Below, piece after piece: positions 1-13,300 of a stretch of 64,000 nt of DNA. Source of the stretch: Chiloscyllium plagiosum (taxonomy: Eukaryota). Position 1 is the stretch's first letter; each line of letters opens with the position of its first letter. The notes under the pieces are model-generated. The model did not search any database and was not told where the DNA came from. It saw nothing but the letters and a program-made list of their open reading frames with translations. The position numbers and the translations under genes are program-made. Where the stretch lies: positions 1,045,945 to 1,109,944 of the forward strand of contig NC_057719.1 in NCBI RefSeq assembly GCF_004010195.1, given 5' to 3'.

Positions 1-420
1 TGGAGCTACTGGGCTTGTATACCCTTGAGTTTAGAAGGCTGAGAAGGGATCTGATTATTAAAGGATTGGACACTCTGGCAGCAGGAAACATGTTTCCGCT
101 AATGGGTGAGTCCCGAATCAGAGGACACAGCTTAAAAATACGGGGTAGACCATTTAGGACAGAGATGGGGAGAAACTTCTTCACCCAGAGAGTGGTGGCT
201 GTGTGGAATGCTCTGCCCCAGAGGGCAGTGGAGGCCCAGTCTCTGGATTCATTTAAGAAAGAGTTGGATAGAGCTCTCAAGGATAGTGGAATCAAGGGTT
301 ATGGAGATAAGGCAGGAACAGGATACTGATTAAGGATGATCAGCCATGATCATATTGAATGGTGGTGCAGGCTTGAAGGGCAGAATGGCCTACTCCTGCA
401 CCTATTGTCTGTTGTCTTTA
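1..420 (+). mobile_element. CR1/HER1 LINE 3' fragment
   Basis: RRLRRDLI..TRGHSLKI..RNFFTQRVV..WNALP..FKKELD is the CR1 ORF2 C-terminus, followed by the typical 3' UTR. Confidence 0.9.
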
Positions 421-432
421 TCTCTAAAGTGC

Positions 433-746
433 AGATAGAGGCCATTTGGCCCATCGAGTCTGCACCAACCTTCTGAGGAGTACATCTCCCGTAACCCCAC
501 ATTTCCCATGGCTGATCCCACTAGCCTACGCATCCCTGGACACTATGGGCAATTTCCCATGGCCAATCCACCTTAACCTGCACATCTTTGGACTATGGGA
601 GAAAACCGGAGCACCTGGAGAAAACCCACACAGACACGGGGAGAATGTGCAAACTCCACACAGTCAGTTGCCCTGAGGCTGAAATCAAACCCGGGTCCCT
701 GGCGCTGTGACGCAGCAGTGCTAACCACTGAGCCACCATGCCGCCC
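433..746 (-). mobile_element. HE1-type tRNA-derived SINE
   Basis: Reverse strand reads GGGCGGCATGGTGGCTCAGTGGTTAGCACTGCTGC..TGTGTGGAGTTTGCACATTCTCCCCGTGTCTG, with a CR1-like tail. Confidence 0.85.
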
Positions 747-852
747 CTATTCTGCATTGCTTATTCAAAGCTAAGGAAGTCTGAGCTCTCAGTTATGAGT
801 ATATTCATGGCAAAGGCATCACAGCTCATTGTCCAGGAACTGAGAAGAAGTA

Positions 853-1237
853 TAGAGTTGTACAGAAACAGACCTTTCAATCCAACCCATCCATACTGAC
901 CAGATATCCTAAATTAGTCCCACCTGCCAGCACCCGGTCCATATCCCTCTAAACCCTTCCTATTCATATACCCATCATGAAGCCTTCTAAATGATGTAAT
1001 TGTACCAGCCTCCACCATTTCCTCTGGCAGCTCATTCATTACGCGGACCACCCTCTGCATGAACAAGTTGCCCCTTGGATCCTTTTTAAATCTTTCCCCT
1101 CTTACCATAAACCTATGCCGTCTGGTTTTGGTCTCCTGTACACTGGGGAAAAGACTTTGTCTATTTATCCTATCTGTGCCCCTCATGATTTTATAAACCT
1201 CTATAAGGTCACCCCTCAGCCTCCAATGCTCCAGGGA
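853..1237 (-). mobile_element. CR1 LINE 3' fragment
   Basis: ORF 914..1186 encodes CR1 C-terminal motifs (NLFMQRVVR..NELPEE..GLEGYGP). Confidence 0.85.
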
Positions 1238-2272
1238 ATTAAGCAGTTAAGTGAAATTTTCAGATTGGACAGGGAGAAACATTTGATTCACAGTTACATA
1301 TTGGTGTTGGGGAGTAAAAAGGATTTTGTTTTTGGTGTGTTTTGAAATATTTCAAACTGGGTTATTTTTAAATAGCTCGTCTTTTTCTCTTGTTGTTAAT
1401 TTTGCATAATAAACTTGCGCCATGTTAAAAATTAGCAGAATAAAAGTGATCTATCGAGCTAGGTTTTGTTCTGGGATCTGCCTTATCCAGTGGTTCATCA
1501 ACTGGGATCCAGACAGGAGTCTAAAGAACCTTCAGTTTTCCTGCAGCAATTCTTCACCGTGACCAGAGAGTACCAGCAGCAATCTTCCTAATATCTGACT
1601 CTGGCAATGCTGGTGAAGAGAGTGAGGCCAGAGAGTGAGCAGGGCTATTGTCATATTTTCGAGGAGAAAGTGAGGTTCCAGGTGAATTTGAGGTTGGGGT
1701 GGAAGATGTTAGTGGCTATTGTCATATTTATTTGCTCACGGCTGGATCCTCTGCTCATTTCCCCACTGCACAGTGTCCTGTACTGTGTCCTGTTCAGTTG
1801 ACCATTGGAGCTTTCCATTTTCAACTTCAATGAATTATGTGTTGTTGTTGCCAGTGGGTTATGTCTGCATCTCCTGCTTACCTGAACCCCCACCCCAACA
1901 CTGGTGACAGTTTTACTGTAACCAAAGCAGCCTCCTGATTCCAAACACCTCTGATCCAATTCTGATGGAGAGACACTGGACTCGAAATGTTAACTTTGCT
2001 TTCTCCCAACAAATGAGTTTCCCCAGCAGTTTCTGTTTTTGTTTCAGATCTTCAGTTTTTGTTTTATATTTTGTCTCTGATCAAGTCTCCTATTAACTTG
2101 CCTTGCACTAAGGGGAATGAGTGTAAATGCGAGTCATTTATGTATGGTTCCACCATTTAAAATGTAGTCTCTTCGTAATATGAAATACTGAAAATCCAAA
2201 GTGTGGATACTCTTGATACTGAGCTGTTGCTGTGGTTGGTAACTGTCACATTTTTTTTCCTCTACCTTACAG

Positions 2273-2348
2273 TCTGAAAAAGGTTGAAATTATCCAAAGG
2301 TGCAGAGAGCTCCTGCAAGACTGGAAGCCAGGTGGTTTGTTTGACTGA
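2273..2348 (+). CDS. Candidate terminal coding exon of an unidentified upstream gene (LKKVEIIQRCRELLQDWKPGGLFD*)
   Basis: Strong acceptor ttttttttcctctaccttacag; only one frame stays open; non-repetitive downstream sequence with AATAAA at 2504-2509. Protein not recognised. Confidence 0.35.
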
Positions 2349-3664
2349 GAACCTCCATGTGGTTAGAGCCATGTAGCAATACTGATTCTGCCTTACCATA
2401 TTGTGCCTGATTGATGGTATGCAAGTACAGTCAATAGCAGAAATTATAAAGCACACACTGACAATCAAAAATTCATACTGCTGTCACAACTTCTCAAAGT
2501 CTAAATAAATAATGAGTGTGACAGCTTTCCCCTAGATCATGTTGGTTTCAGTGTTTACACGCGCACACACACACAGTCTCTCTCTCTCTTCCTCCAACTT
2601 CTACATGTGATGCCTTTTTAGTTTCAAAAAAGATGAACATTAAAGGAACTGGGTTCCGTTCTGACACCCCACATCAGATCGGAGAGCTCCTGTCAGATTT
2701 CCCATGCTGTGTGACAGCACATTCCAGGCACTGACCACTCTCTGTGTAAAGAAACCTGTCTCTCACATCCCCTTTAAACTTCCCCATTTTACCATAAATC
2801 TATGTCTCCTAGTGATTGACATTTCCATCCTGGGAAAGAGGCTCCTACTGTCCATTCTATCTATGCCGCTCATCATTTTGTAAACTTTAAATTTCTAATA
2901 TTTAGCATCCATCATCTTATTGTTATTACTGATGGATTAAATTAGATTTTAAAAAAGATAAATATTGACCAAGAAAGGCTGCGGTGACCACCCGACCTCA
3001 GATTGAGGGAACTCTGGGAGACCCAATTGGAATAAAGGAAACCAGCTCCACTGAAATTACCATTTTATCCGAGTCAGCATCAAGAAATGTTTACTTCACT
3101 TCCCTGCTCTCTCCTCATCACGGAAAACTGGGCCTGGCGATAAAACAAATTGAGAAAATAACCGTTGATCAGCAAATTAGATAAACATTGCCACTGCTGA
3201 GGATACCAGTCAATAATAAACTGTGGTCCCTAGGTTAAAAAGCTAATTCCTCAAGGTCTTCAACTTCTTTATTCTTCCTGTCTGTACCAGACAATCCCTC
3301 CCTTTTAAACTTGTTGCCTGTGTTTGTGTGTGTGTGTTTAATAAACAATGCATGAGTAATAAAACTCTTTCTTATACATGAGAAAACCTGGTAATTAACT
3401 TCTCTGTTTTGAACTGGAAAACCACATTTCCAATTGCTTAAGAAAAGATGAGCTAAGTACCCATCCTCCCCTAGGTATTACATACTCATCTCCTTACTAA
3501 CACCCACCCATTTCCACATACTCCAAATCACTGGGCTTCAGCCATCTCTGTTCCACGTCCTGCTGGGATGCTCATTTATGCCTTTATTACCTCGACATGC
3601 GACTATTTCAGTGCAATCTTGACCGTGACAGACACACGCCAAGGGTGTGAGAGAATGCCTTTTT

Positions 3665-4220
3665 CATAATTCACTCACAGAATGAGTGTGTCATTGGATA
3701 GACCAGCATCTATCGCCCGTCCCTAATTACCCAGAGGCAGTTAAGAGTCACCCACATTGCTGTGGGTCTGGAGTCACATGTAGGCCCGACCAGATGAGAA
3801 TGGCAGTTTCCTCCCCTAAAGGACAGATGGGTTTTTCCCCTGACAATTGGCAGAGGATTCATTGTTATCATTAGACTCTTAATTCCAGGAGGCTTTTTTA
3901 AAACCAAAATCAAATTGTACCATCTGCCATGGCAGGATTTGAGCCTAGGTCCCCAGCACTTTACCTGGGTCTCTGGCTTAATAGTCCAGATAGTGCCACT
4001 AGACCATTGCCTCCTCTTGGAAATATATTGCCGTCTCTTCAGTGTCGCTGGGTCAAAATCCTGGAATTCCCTCCCTAAGGGCATTGTGGGTCAACCCACA
4101 GCAGATGGACTGGAGCAGGTCAAGAAGGCAGCTCACCCCTACCTTCTCAATGGGCAACTAGGGACGGGCAGTAAATGCTGGGCCCAGCCAGCGATGTACA
4201 ATGAGTCAATAAAAAGCTAA
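3665..4220. mobile_element. Second shark tRNA-head SINE (-, ~3665-4015) plus RTE-like LINE 3' end (+, ~4018-4220)
   Basis: The same SINE recurs at ~14480-14800 (+), ~31630-31940 (-), ~40230-40575 (-) and ~56645-56985 (+). The 3' piece gives FSVAGSKSWNSLP..KKAAHPYLL. Confidence 0.7.
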
Positions 4221-6207
4221 CTTGCCGCACGGTGACTGTGCCTTCAGCTGACTACTACCCAAACTCTGAGATTACCTCCCCTCACCCCGACAGCTCTCCA
4301 CCTCTCCTCCTTTCAGACACTGCACCAAGCCTAGCCCTTTGATCAGGCCTTTAGCCACTTGTCCTTCTGTGGCTTGGTATTAGATTTGATCTTGTAGTGT
4401 TCCTGTGGGGAACCTGACCAGGTTTTATGATGTGAAAGGTGCTACCTCAGTCCTTGCTCGATACTAACTCAGTTTGGTCTATGGGAGCTTGCTGTGTAAT
4501 TGGCTGCTCTAACTGTGCCAGTAAGCACTTTGCCAAGTGATTGGCAACGTCCTGAACTGCTGCTGTTTGTCAGTGAAATGCAACTTTTTCTTTCCTGCAC
4601 CTTTTACAGAAATGGCCAGGTCCTCTGGAAATTCTGACTCAGTACCTTAGCATTCTCACAGTAAACAAAATCTCAGTCACAGTGTGTTTTAATCTGAAAT
4701 GTTGTTAATTCACAGCCAGAGAGCACAGCTGCCTCAGGTTCTAACAGTGCCATGTGATGAAAGCCTTTTAATTTAACTCCCCTTCGACTGTATAACCATG
4801 AGAGATGCTACCTCAATGTAGCAGTTTGAAATTGATGTTGACAGTAAGTTGCTCATAACAAATACCACAGGAGAGACTTTTACGTAGAGCAACCATGATC
4901 TCATTGAATGACAGAGCAGACATGATGGGCTGAATGGTCTGCTTCTGCTGTTTTGTCTCATGGTAAGATCACTGCTCGAGCATGGCAGAGAACCAAGGCT
5001 AATGATCTGGAGTCACCAGTTCAAATCCCACCCCACTCCGGCAGCTAGTGGAATATAGAATTAAATTCAGTTAGTAAATCTGCAGTGTGAAATGAGTGCT
5101 GGTGACCATGTATTTATCTGTGGATCATCAATATCCTTCAGGAAGGGAACTCCGGCTGGTCTGGCTACATGTGAAAGACACGACGTGTACAAACCTCTAT
5201 TCAATTCCCACCACCAGGAAGCAAGGAAACACCCGAGTGGCCAGTGACAAGCAGTGCCCTTCACATCAAAGGGCAGTGCTGTGTGATCAAACAGTGAAGG
5301 GGAGGGTAGGGACTGAATCAAATGCACTGATCCAGGCCCTGCAGCTCCTGACAGACATCAGGGAAAAGTAGCCTGTCGCACTTGAGCCCGGTAGAACTTG
5401 AACCAGCAATGTTTTCATCCAAACTCAGATGTGTTGTCCATTATGCCACTGGCCCAGTGCACACAATCCAACTTTTCCTCTTTATTTTTCTTTTTTTTCT
5501 CTTTTGCTTATTTTTTCCCCAGCACCCATAACCCTTTTGGTTTTTTTCCTTTGTTTAACCCCCACACTACTGCCTAACTGTGGTCGTGCTTATTTTTTTC
5601 CCCAGCACCCATGTTGTGTGTGTGTGCAGGTGTGAGACACTGAGAGACACAAGGTGCACGAATCTTTATCCAATTTCCATCACCAGGAAGAAAGGAAAAC
5701 ACCCGAGTGGCCAGTGACAAGTAGTGCCCTTCACAAAAGGGCAATGCTGTGTGGTCAACAATCCAACTTTTAGAAAGGGAACACCAATTTGAGGTGAGAG
5801 GAGGGTGCTGATTAGTTGGTGTGGGGATGCAGCAGGAACTGAGAGCTGTCAGTCTCTGTGTGCACACAATCAGGTTCACATCTTCCTGGGTGCCTTTGTG
5901 ACACACAATGCCTGGAGACCTCATGGAAACCTTTTCCCTTTGAACCGGCAACTTGTATCAGGATCCCTGAATTCGTCATAAATGTTAAACTTGCTTCATT
6001 CACTATTGACAATTAATTATAGTTCTTTCACCTCCTGTTCCTGAGATGTGAGCAAGGTGAGGGGTTGGTCGTTGATGCAGGTTTGCTCTGGATCTTAGCT
6101 CAGGTCAGTGTTTTGAGTTAAAGATGGTGATTCTTTCCCACTGTGTGGCTGTATTTTACTTTCTCCTGTTCAATTCACAACTGAAGCTGCTGAGGAAGAT
6201 TGTGCCA

Positions 6208-6648
6208 ACAGACAATAGGTGCAGGAGTAGGCCATTCTGCCCTTCGAGCCAGCACCACCATTCATTATGATCATGGCTGATCATCCTCAATCAGTATCCT
6301 GCTCCTGCCTTATCCACATAACCCTTGACCCACTATCCTTAAGAGCTCTATCCAACTCTTTCTTGAAAGTATCCAGAGACTGGGCCTCCACTGCCTTCTG
6401 GGGCAGAGCATTCCACACACCCACCACTCTCTGGGTGAAGAAGTTTCTCCTCAACTCTGTTCTAAGTGGCCTACCCCTTATTTTTAAACTGTGTCCTCTG
6501 GTTCTGGACTCACCCATCAGCGGAAACATGCTTGTTGCCCCCAGGGCATCCAATCCTTTAATAAATCTTTTCTGAACCCTTTCAAGTTTCACAACATCTT
6601 TCCGATAGGAAGGAGACCAGAATTGCACACAATATTCCAACAGTGGTT
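6208..6648 (-). mobile_element. CR1 LINE 3' fragment with internal deletion
   Basis: ORF 6287..6640: EYCVQFWSP..LERVQKRF joined directly to ..RNFFTQRVVGVWNALP. Confidence 0.85.
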
Positions 6649-6929
6649 TGCCATTTGAGTACGTGACAATAAAGCTAATTCAATTCAAACTCCTCCATGC
6701 TCCAGCTTTCTGCTGCCTATAAGGTGAAAATAGATTTGATTGGAGGCTTTCTTTTATGGAAAAGACTAGAAGGGGTCAGAGTTCAAAGAGAAACAGTATT
6801 CCATTTACTATTGGGACGAGGAGGAGATTTTCTTCACAAATGGGTTTTGTAACTCTGCAGCATTCTGTCTCTGACCGCAGGGGAGGTTGGACCACTGAGC
6901 ATTTTGACTTCGGCAAGATACGCAATTCA

Positions 6930-7885
6930 TAGAATCCTTAGTGTGGAAGCAGACTGTTCAACCTACCGGGTCCACACTGACCCTCCGAAGAGCATCCCAC
7001 CCAGACCCAGTCCACCCGACCCTACATTTCCCCTGGCTAATCCACCTAGCCCACATATCCCTGAACACTACTGGGCAATTTCCCATCCATCCTAACCTGT
7101 GCATCTTTGGACTGCGGGAGGAAACTAAAGGACACCCACATAGACACAAGGAGAATGCCTGTACGGGGTTTGCACAGTCACCCGAGGGTGGAATCGAACC
7201 ACTGTGACTGAAGTGCTAAACAAGTGTGAGGTAATGTATTTAGGCAAGTCTAATCCTAGAGTGAATTATACAATGAACGGAGGAGCCTTGGGAAAAGTTG
7301 ATGAGCAGAGAGATCTGGGAGTGCAGGTCCATTGTACCCTGAAGGTTGCTGCACAGGTGGATAGAGTGGTCAAGGAGGCATGTGATATGCTTGTCTTCAT
7401 CGGACGGGGTATTGAGTATAAGAGCTGGCAGGTCTTGTTAAAATTGTACATGATGGTTTGGCCGCATTTAGAATACTGTGTACAGTTCTGGTCGCCACAT
7501 TACCAAAAGGATGTGGACGCTTTGGAGAGGGTGCAGAGAAGGTTTACGAGGATGTTGCCTGGTGTGGAAGGTGCTAGTTATGAAGAGAGGTTGAGTAGGT
7601 TAGGTTTGTTTTCACTGGAAAAAAGGGGATGGGTGGGACCTGATTGAGGTTTACAAAATCATGAAGGGTATAGACAGGGTGGATCGAGACAAGCTTTTTC
7701 CCAGGGTGAAGGATTCAATAACAAGAGGTCATGCTTTCAAGGTGAGAGGTGGAAAGTTTAAGAGGGATACACGCGGCATGTACTTCACACAGAGGGTGGT
7801 GGTCCCAAGAAGAGGCAGGCACTGTAGATTCATTTAAGATGTGTCTGGACAAATGCATGTGTAGGTGGGGAGCAGAGAGGCACAC
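6930..7885. mobile_element. HE1 SINE (-, ~6930-7205) abutting a CR1 ORF2 fragment (+, ~7215-7885)
   Basis: ORF 7204..7647: NKCEVMYLGKSN..RDLGVQVH..HLEYCVQFWSPHYQKD. Confidence 0.85.
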
Positions 7886-8244
7886 GATGGTCAAACAGCT
7901 GTGTTCTGGTCCTCACACTCTGGTACATGCTGTTCTTTGTGAACTATCTCTTTCACTCGGCAACCTCTCATTCACCTCAAATATAGGGTCTGACTCCTTC
8001 CTCACCAGTACTGACGGAGGTCTGCAGCCTTGTTCCTCAGAGAAACAGACAGAGAGCCCTGGGCAGGGTCTATTCGGAGGTGGATGGTGCTGCACTGACA
8101 GTCCCGCTGACAGTACTGATAGCTGTAAAGGTACAGAATTCGTCAGCTAGCAGGAGCTGGATTATCCATCAAAATCAGCCAAACCACCCTTTCAAAACAT
8201 GGACAGTCTGCAGGTTGCTGATCGTGACCATTTCCTGAATCTCC

Positions 8245-8455
8245 CCCATCCCTGAGCTTCTCATCCCCGGGCTCCCCCTCCCCGGACTCCCCATTCCGGG
8301 ACGCCCCATCCCCAGACACCCCATCCTGGGACTCCCCATCTCCAGACTCCCTGTCCCTGAGCTCCCCAACCCCGGACTCCCCAACCTGGGACTCCCCATC
8401 CCAGGGCTGCCTGTCCTGGGATACTCCGTCCCCGAGCTCCCCATCCCGGGACAGC
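8245..8455. repeat. Degenerate 15-bp minisatellite (GGACTCCCCATCCCG-like)
   Basis: About 14 units seen directly; they produce repetitive translations in several frames. Confidence 0.8.
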
Positions 8456-8956
8456 CCATAATGCGACTCCACAGTCACCATCCATCTTTCACTTAATGCT
8501 ACAATCAGCACACACGTGTCACCAACGCTGGAACTGCAATGCCCCAACCACAGGCAAAAATCACAAGGTGACTGAAAACACCAGACAGCACACCTCCCAA
8601 TCTGCACCCATGGTGCAGTCCTCACCCACGGTGCAGTCCTCACCAAGGTGCCTACTGGATAGTGTATACCAGGCCCAGGGACTCACCTACACTCCCCACA
8701 TTTATCCCCAAACATAATCTCAACACCTCATATCAGGGCAAGGTCACCAATGTGGGGTCTGCACCGTGTTAATTATATCTGCCCTCAATCAGTTCCTGAC
8801 ACACGAGAAGAAGAGCAGGCAGCTAGTATCAGACCGCTCTCTTGAGAAACTCAGTCTCTCAGGATCTGTGATGAGAGAAACAAAGTTAATATTTCAGGTC
8901 TAAATCCAATAATAGAGTGCTGTCGGAAGGTCCATAGTAAAAAGGCACCGCTGGGT

Positions 8957-9965
8957 TGGAGGGTCAGCGCTGAGGGAGTTGGCACTGTCAGAGGGTCAGT
9001 GCAGAGGGAGTGGGCATTGTCGGAGGGTCAGTGCTGAGGGAGTGGGCACTGTCGGAGGGTCAGCACTGAGGGAGTGGGCACTGTCGGGTCAGTGCAGAGG
9101 GAGTGGGCACTGTTGGAGGGTCAGTGCAGAGGGAGTGGGCACTGTCGGAGGGTCAGCGCTGAGGGAGTAGGCACTGTCGGAGGGTCAGCGCAGAGGGAGT
9201 GGGCACTGTCGGAGGGTCAGCGCAGAGGGAGTGCCGCACAGTTAGAGGATCAGTGCAGAGGGAGTGCTGCACTGTCGGAGAGTCAGTGCTGATGGAGTGG
9301 GCACTGTCGGACGGTCTGTGCTGATGGACTGGGCACTGTCAGAGGGTCAGTGCTGAGGAAGTGCCGCTCTGTCAGAGGATCAGTGCTGAGGGAGTGCTGC
9401 ATTGTCGGAGGGTCAGTGCTGTTGGAGTGGGCACTGTCGGAGGGTCAGTGCTGATGGAGTGGGCACTATCGGAGAGTCAGTGCTGATGGAGTGGGCACTG
9501 TCAGAGGTTCACTTTAGGCAGGTGAGTGCTGAGAGAGTGCCGCACTGTCGGAGGGTCAGTGCTGACGGAGTGCCACACTGTCAGAGGGTCAGTGCAGAGG
9601 GAGTGCCACACTGTCGGAGGGTCAGTGCTGAGGGAGTGCCACTCTGTCGGAGGGTCAGTCCTGAGGGAGTGCCACTCTGTCGGAGGGTCAGTGCTGAGGG
9701 AGTGCCGCACTGTCGGAGAGTCAGTGCAGAGGGAGTGCCGCACTGTCGGAGGGTCAGTGCCGAGGGAGTGCCGCACTGTAGGAGGGTCAGTGCTGAGAGA
9801 GCGCCGCACTGTCGGAGGGTCAGTGCTGAGGGGGTGCCGCACTTTGGGAGGGTCAGTGCTGAGGGAATGCCACACTGTCGGAGGGTCAGTGCTGAGGGAG
9901 TGCCACTCTGTCGCACGGTCAGTGCTGAGGGAGTGCCGCACTGTCGGAGGGTCAGTGCTGAGGAG
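8957..9965. repeat. 33-bp tandem repeat (GGAGGGTCAGTGCTGAGGGAGTGCCGCACTGTC)
   Basis: About 30 units seen directly; the CRRVSAEGVPH-type ORFs are by-products. Confidence 0.95.
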
Positions 9966-9969
9966 CAGG

Positions 9970-10240
9970 TGTCAGCCCCTTCAGGAATGGGACCCCCTAC
10001 CCCAGTGAGGGTCAGCTCCTTCAGGAGGGGGAGGGGGATCCCATACCCCAGTGAGAGTCGGCCCCTTCAGGAGAGGGAGGGAGACCCCATACCCCAGTGA
10101 GAGTCAGCCTCTTCAGGAGAGGGAGAGGGACCCCGCACCCCAGTGAGAGTCAGACCCTTCAGGAGAGGGAGGGGAACCCCGTGCCCCAGTGAGAGTCAGC
10201 CCCTTCAGGAGAGGGAGGGGGACCCCATAGCTCAGTGAGG
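9970..10240. repeat. 46-bp satellite array 1
   Basis: Unit ACCCCGTACCCCAGTGAGRGTCAGCCCCTTCRGGAGAGGGAGGGRG, about 6 copies. Confidence 0.95.
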
Positions 10241-10500
10241 TTTGCAGGTATCTGCCCATTATCATCCTCTGTGGACAGTTGCACAAACTCAGAAATTGAA
10301 CAGCAACTAATTCCTAAACAACACACCATCTGGACAATTGCCTACTCGCTGTTGGTGAATTAAGTGTAGGATTTGTTCTGAAATCGTCACCATAGCTGTG
10401 AATGCCATTTAAAATGGTGTGATGTTGTGAGATTAGAAATGAACCAGTGATTCCTGTTAAAAAAAAATCCATGATCAAGCTTCTGCCTTCTTGTATCCAC

Positions 10501-12300
10501 TGTAACGAGGTCAGACAGGTGGTCCTTATGGAGTCTGAGTTCCCTGACTGGGGCTGTTAACCTGGTCCAATCAGGGAGCCCTGGCTGACAGATGTAAACA
10601 GGAGTGTGTTTCAAAAAAATAGAATCTCCTCAATTCAGATGACTATTAAAAAGTATATGAAAAATGTTGTCCAATATTCTGTTCACTCTAAGGGAGCTGG
10701 ATCAGCGCCAGGGACTCTCCACGTGTAAGTAAAAGGGGGACTTGGTGATGGGGTTACCAGCCTCTGGGATGTTATTTCAGTGGCAATGTGGAAAAAGCAC
10801 ATTCCCAAAGAAATTCACTCGCAACAGCTGTCTCTGAGTTGAGGGTAAGCATTCCTGGCGTCATGCTGTTATTTGGGAAGCCTGACTCATTCAATCCTCC
10901 GGTTGAAGACTGGGGCCAGTGAGTAGGAAGATTGTGTTGGTTTTTTCTGGGCTTTGGGGCAGATGAAAAACAACGAGTAATTCTAACAGCGTTTGGTATG
11001 CTTTCCTTTATTGGTCAGAGTATTGAGTACAGGGGTTGGGAGGTCATGTTGCGGCTGTACAGGACATTGGTTAGGCCACTGTTGGAATATTGTGTGCAAT
11101 TCTGGCCTCCTTCCTATCGGAAAGATGTTGTGAAACATGAAAGGGTTCAGAAAAAGGGTTTACAAATTTGAAACTTGAAAGGGTTTACAAATTTCTTGCC
11201 AGGGTTGGAGGATTTGAGCTACAGGGAGTGGTTGAACAGGCTGGGGCTGTTTTCCCTGGAGCGTCGGAGGCTGAGGGGTGACCTTATAGAGGTTTACAAA
11301 ATTATGAGGGGCATGGATAGGATAAATAGGCAAAGTCTTTTCCCTGGGGTCGGGGAGTCCAGAACTAGAGGGCATAGGTTTAGGGTGAGAAGGGAAAGAT
11401 ATAAAAGGGACCCAAGAGGCAACTTTTTCACACAGAGGGTGGACGGGTATTGAATGAGCTGCCAGAGGATGTGGCGGAGGCTGGTACAATTGCAACATTT
11501 ATAAGGCATTTGGATGGGTATATGAATAAGAAGGGTTTGGAGGGATATTGGCCAGGTGCTGGTAGGTGGGACTAGATTGGGTTGGGGTATCTGGTTGGCA
11601 TGGACGGGTTAGACCGAAGGGTCTGTTTCCATGCTGAACATCTCTATGACTCTATGACAGCTTATTGACCCACAGCCTTTTTGGTTATTAGGAACCTTAA
11701 TGTTTCCTGAGCCCCCAGATGCTAAAATGTTTCAAGAGTTGACCGACTTAGATAAAGAATATCATGACCCCAAGCCTCCTGTAATTCTGAGACACTATCA
11801 GTTTTCCTCAGCAATTCAGGAACCAGAGAAATCCATATTGGGATTTTTGACTGATGAAGGTGACTGGCAGAGGAATGTGACTTTGGTTTAACCTTTAATG
11901 AGATGCTGAGAGACCGTTTTGGTAAGTGGGATTAATGATGTAACCATGCAAAAGCACCCAGTAGCTGATGCTTATCTGGCTTTACTCACTGGAAAATGTG
12001 GCAAGCAGACCACAGGTTGCACGGTATTCCGATGGAAGTGGACACTCTCAGCAGGCTGACTGAGTTTGGGGAAGGCCACTGGAGTGAAGGCAATTGCATG
12101 GTGTCATTCAGCACTGAACCCATCAGCCCACAGTAAAACCCTAACACCAAGCCAAGCCTCAGGTAAACGGTTCAACGTCTCTTCAGGATCCAGGCCAGCA
12201 AGCCATGGTAGTTGCTGCTGGTATGTGGACGTGAGACAGCAAAGGAATCTCACTGGACCTAAAATGGAGGAAGAGAGCTCATGGGCTGGTGTGTGCGTTT
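10501..12300 (+). mobile_element. Decayed Gypsy-type LTR retrotransposon (5' LTR ~10501-10779 plus gag) interrupted by a CR1 3' fragment (~10991-11655)
   Basis: TGTAACG..TTTCA then GTGGC PBS-like start. Gag-like MLLFGKPDSFNPPVEDWGQ* from 10863 continues after the CR1 as FPEPPDAKMFQELTDL..DPKPPVILRHYQF..NEMLRDR..GIND. ACAGC is repeated either side of the CR1. Confidence 0.75.
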
Positions 12301-12689
12301 ACCTCTGATTGACAGCATCCGCGGTTCTTTCGGAGTTCACTGCCTCGAAGCCTTGGCCGCCTGAAGAGGAGAATGAATTTCTTCCAAGATGTTCCGAGCA
12401 CAAGAGACAACCTACTGTGCATTACACGCTGCCCGTATCACAGGCAGATTTGGAGGAAGCTGAAATTGCTGGGGAATCTCAGTGGGTCTGGCAGCATTTA
12501 GAGACTCTCCATAATTTCTGTTTTTGTTTGTTTCAGATCTCCAGCATCCGCGGTCCTTTGTTTTATATTCACTGGCGTTTATGGTCTTGGTTCGGGGCCT
12601 GGGACAAGGCAAATACTAAAATAATCCACCTGCTTTCCTTCAAAGTAGTGCCGTTGAGTTGTTTATATCCATCTGAAACAGCAGGTAGA

Positions 12690-13300
12690 ATAGAAACGCA
12701 GAAACATAGAAGATAGGAGCAGGAGGAGGCCATTCGGCCCTTCGAGTCTGCTCCGCCATTCATCATGATCATGGCTCATCGTCCAACTCAATAGCCTAAT
12801 CCTGTTTTCTCCCTTTGGTCCCATTCACCCCCAAGTGCTATATCTGGCCACTCCAATGTTTCGTCATCAACTACTTCCCATAGTAATGAATTCCACATTG
12901 CATCTATTGCATCCTCTGCACCCGATGTGGCCTCCTCTCGTCCAACTCAATAGCCTAATCCTGTTTTCTCCCTTTGGTCCCATTCACCCCCAAGTGCTAT
13001 ATCTGGCCGTTCCAATGTTTCGTCATCAACTACTTCCCATGGTAATGAATTCCACAGGCCCACCACTCTCTGGGTGAAGAAGTGTGTCCTTATCTCTGTC
13101 CTAAATGGTTCACTCTGAGTCTTCAGACTGCAACTCTAGTTCTGGACACACCCACCGTCGGGAACATCTTCCCCTCATCTACCCATTTGGAATTTTATAT
13201 GTCTGTATTAAATTCCCTGTCACTCATCTGAACTCCAGCCAAAACAATCCTAACTTCGTCAATCTCTCCTCATTCGTCAGTCCAGCCATCCCCAGAATCA
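12690..13300 (-). mobile_element. CR1 3' fragment with an internal ~120-bp direct duplication
   Basis: Typical CR1 tail (AGAAGATAGGAGCAGGAGGAGGCCATTCGGCCC); ~12778-12897 is repeated at ~12938-13056. Confidence 0.75.

Noticed and set aside
8143..8646. Gly/Glu/Asp-rich 167-aa ORF
   Set aside because: Largely the 15-bp minisatellite, open in all three minus frames.
9402..10100. 232-aa Cys/His repeat ORF (CRRVSAEGVPH)n
   Set aside because: The unit length is a multiple of 3 and several frames on both strands are open; this is a tandem-repeat artefact.
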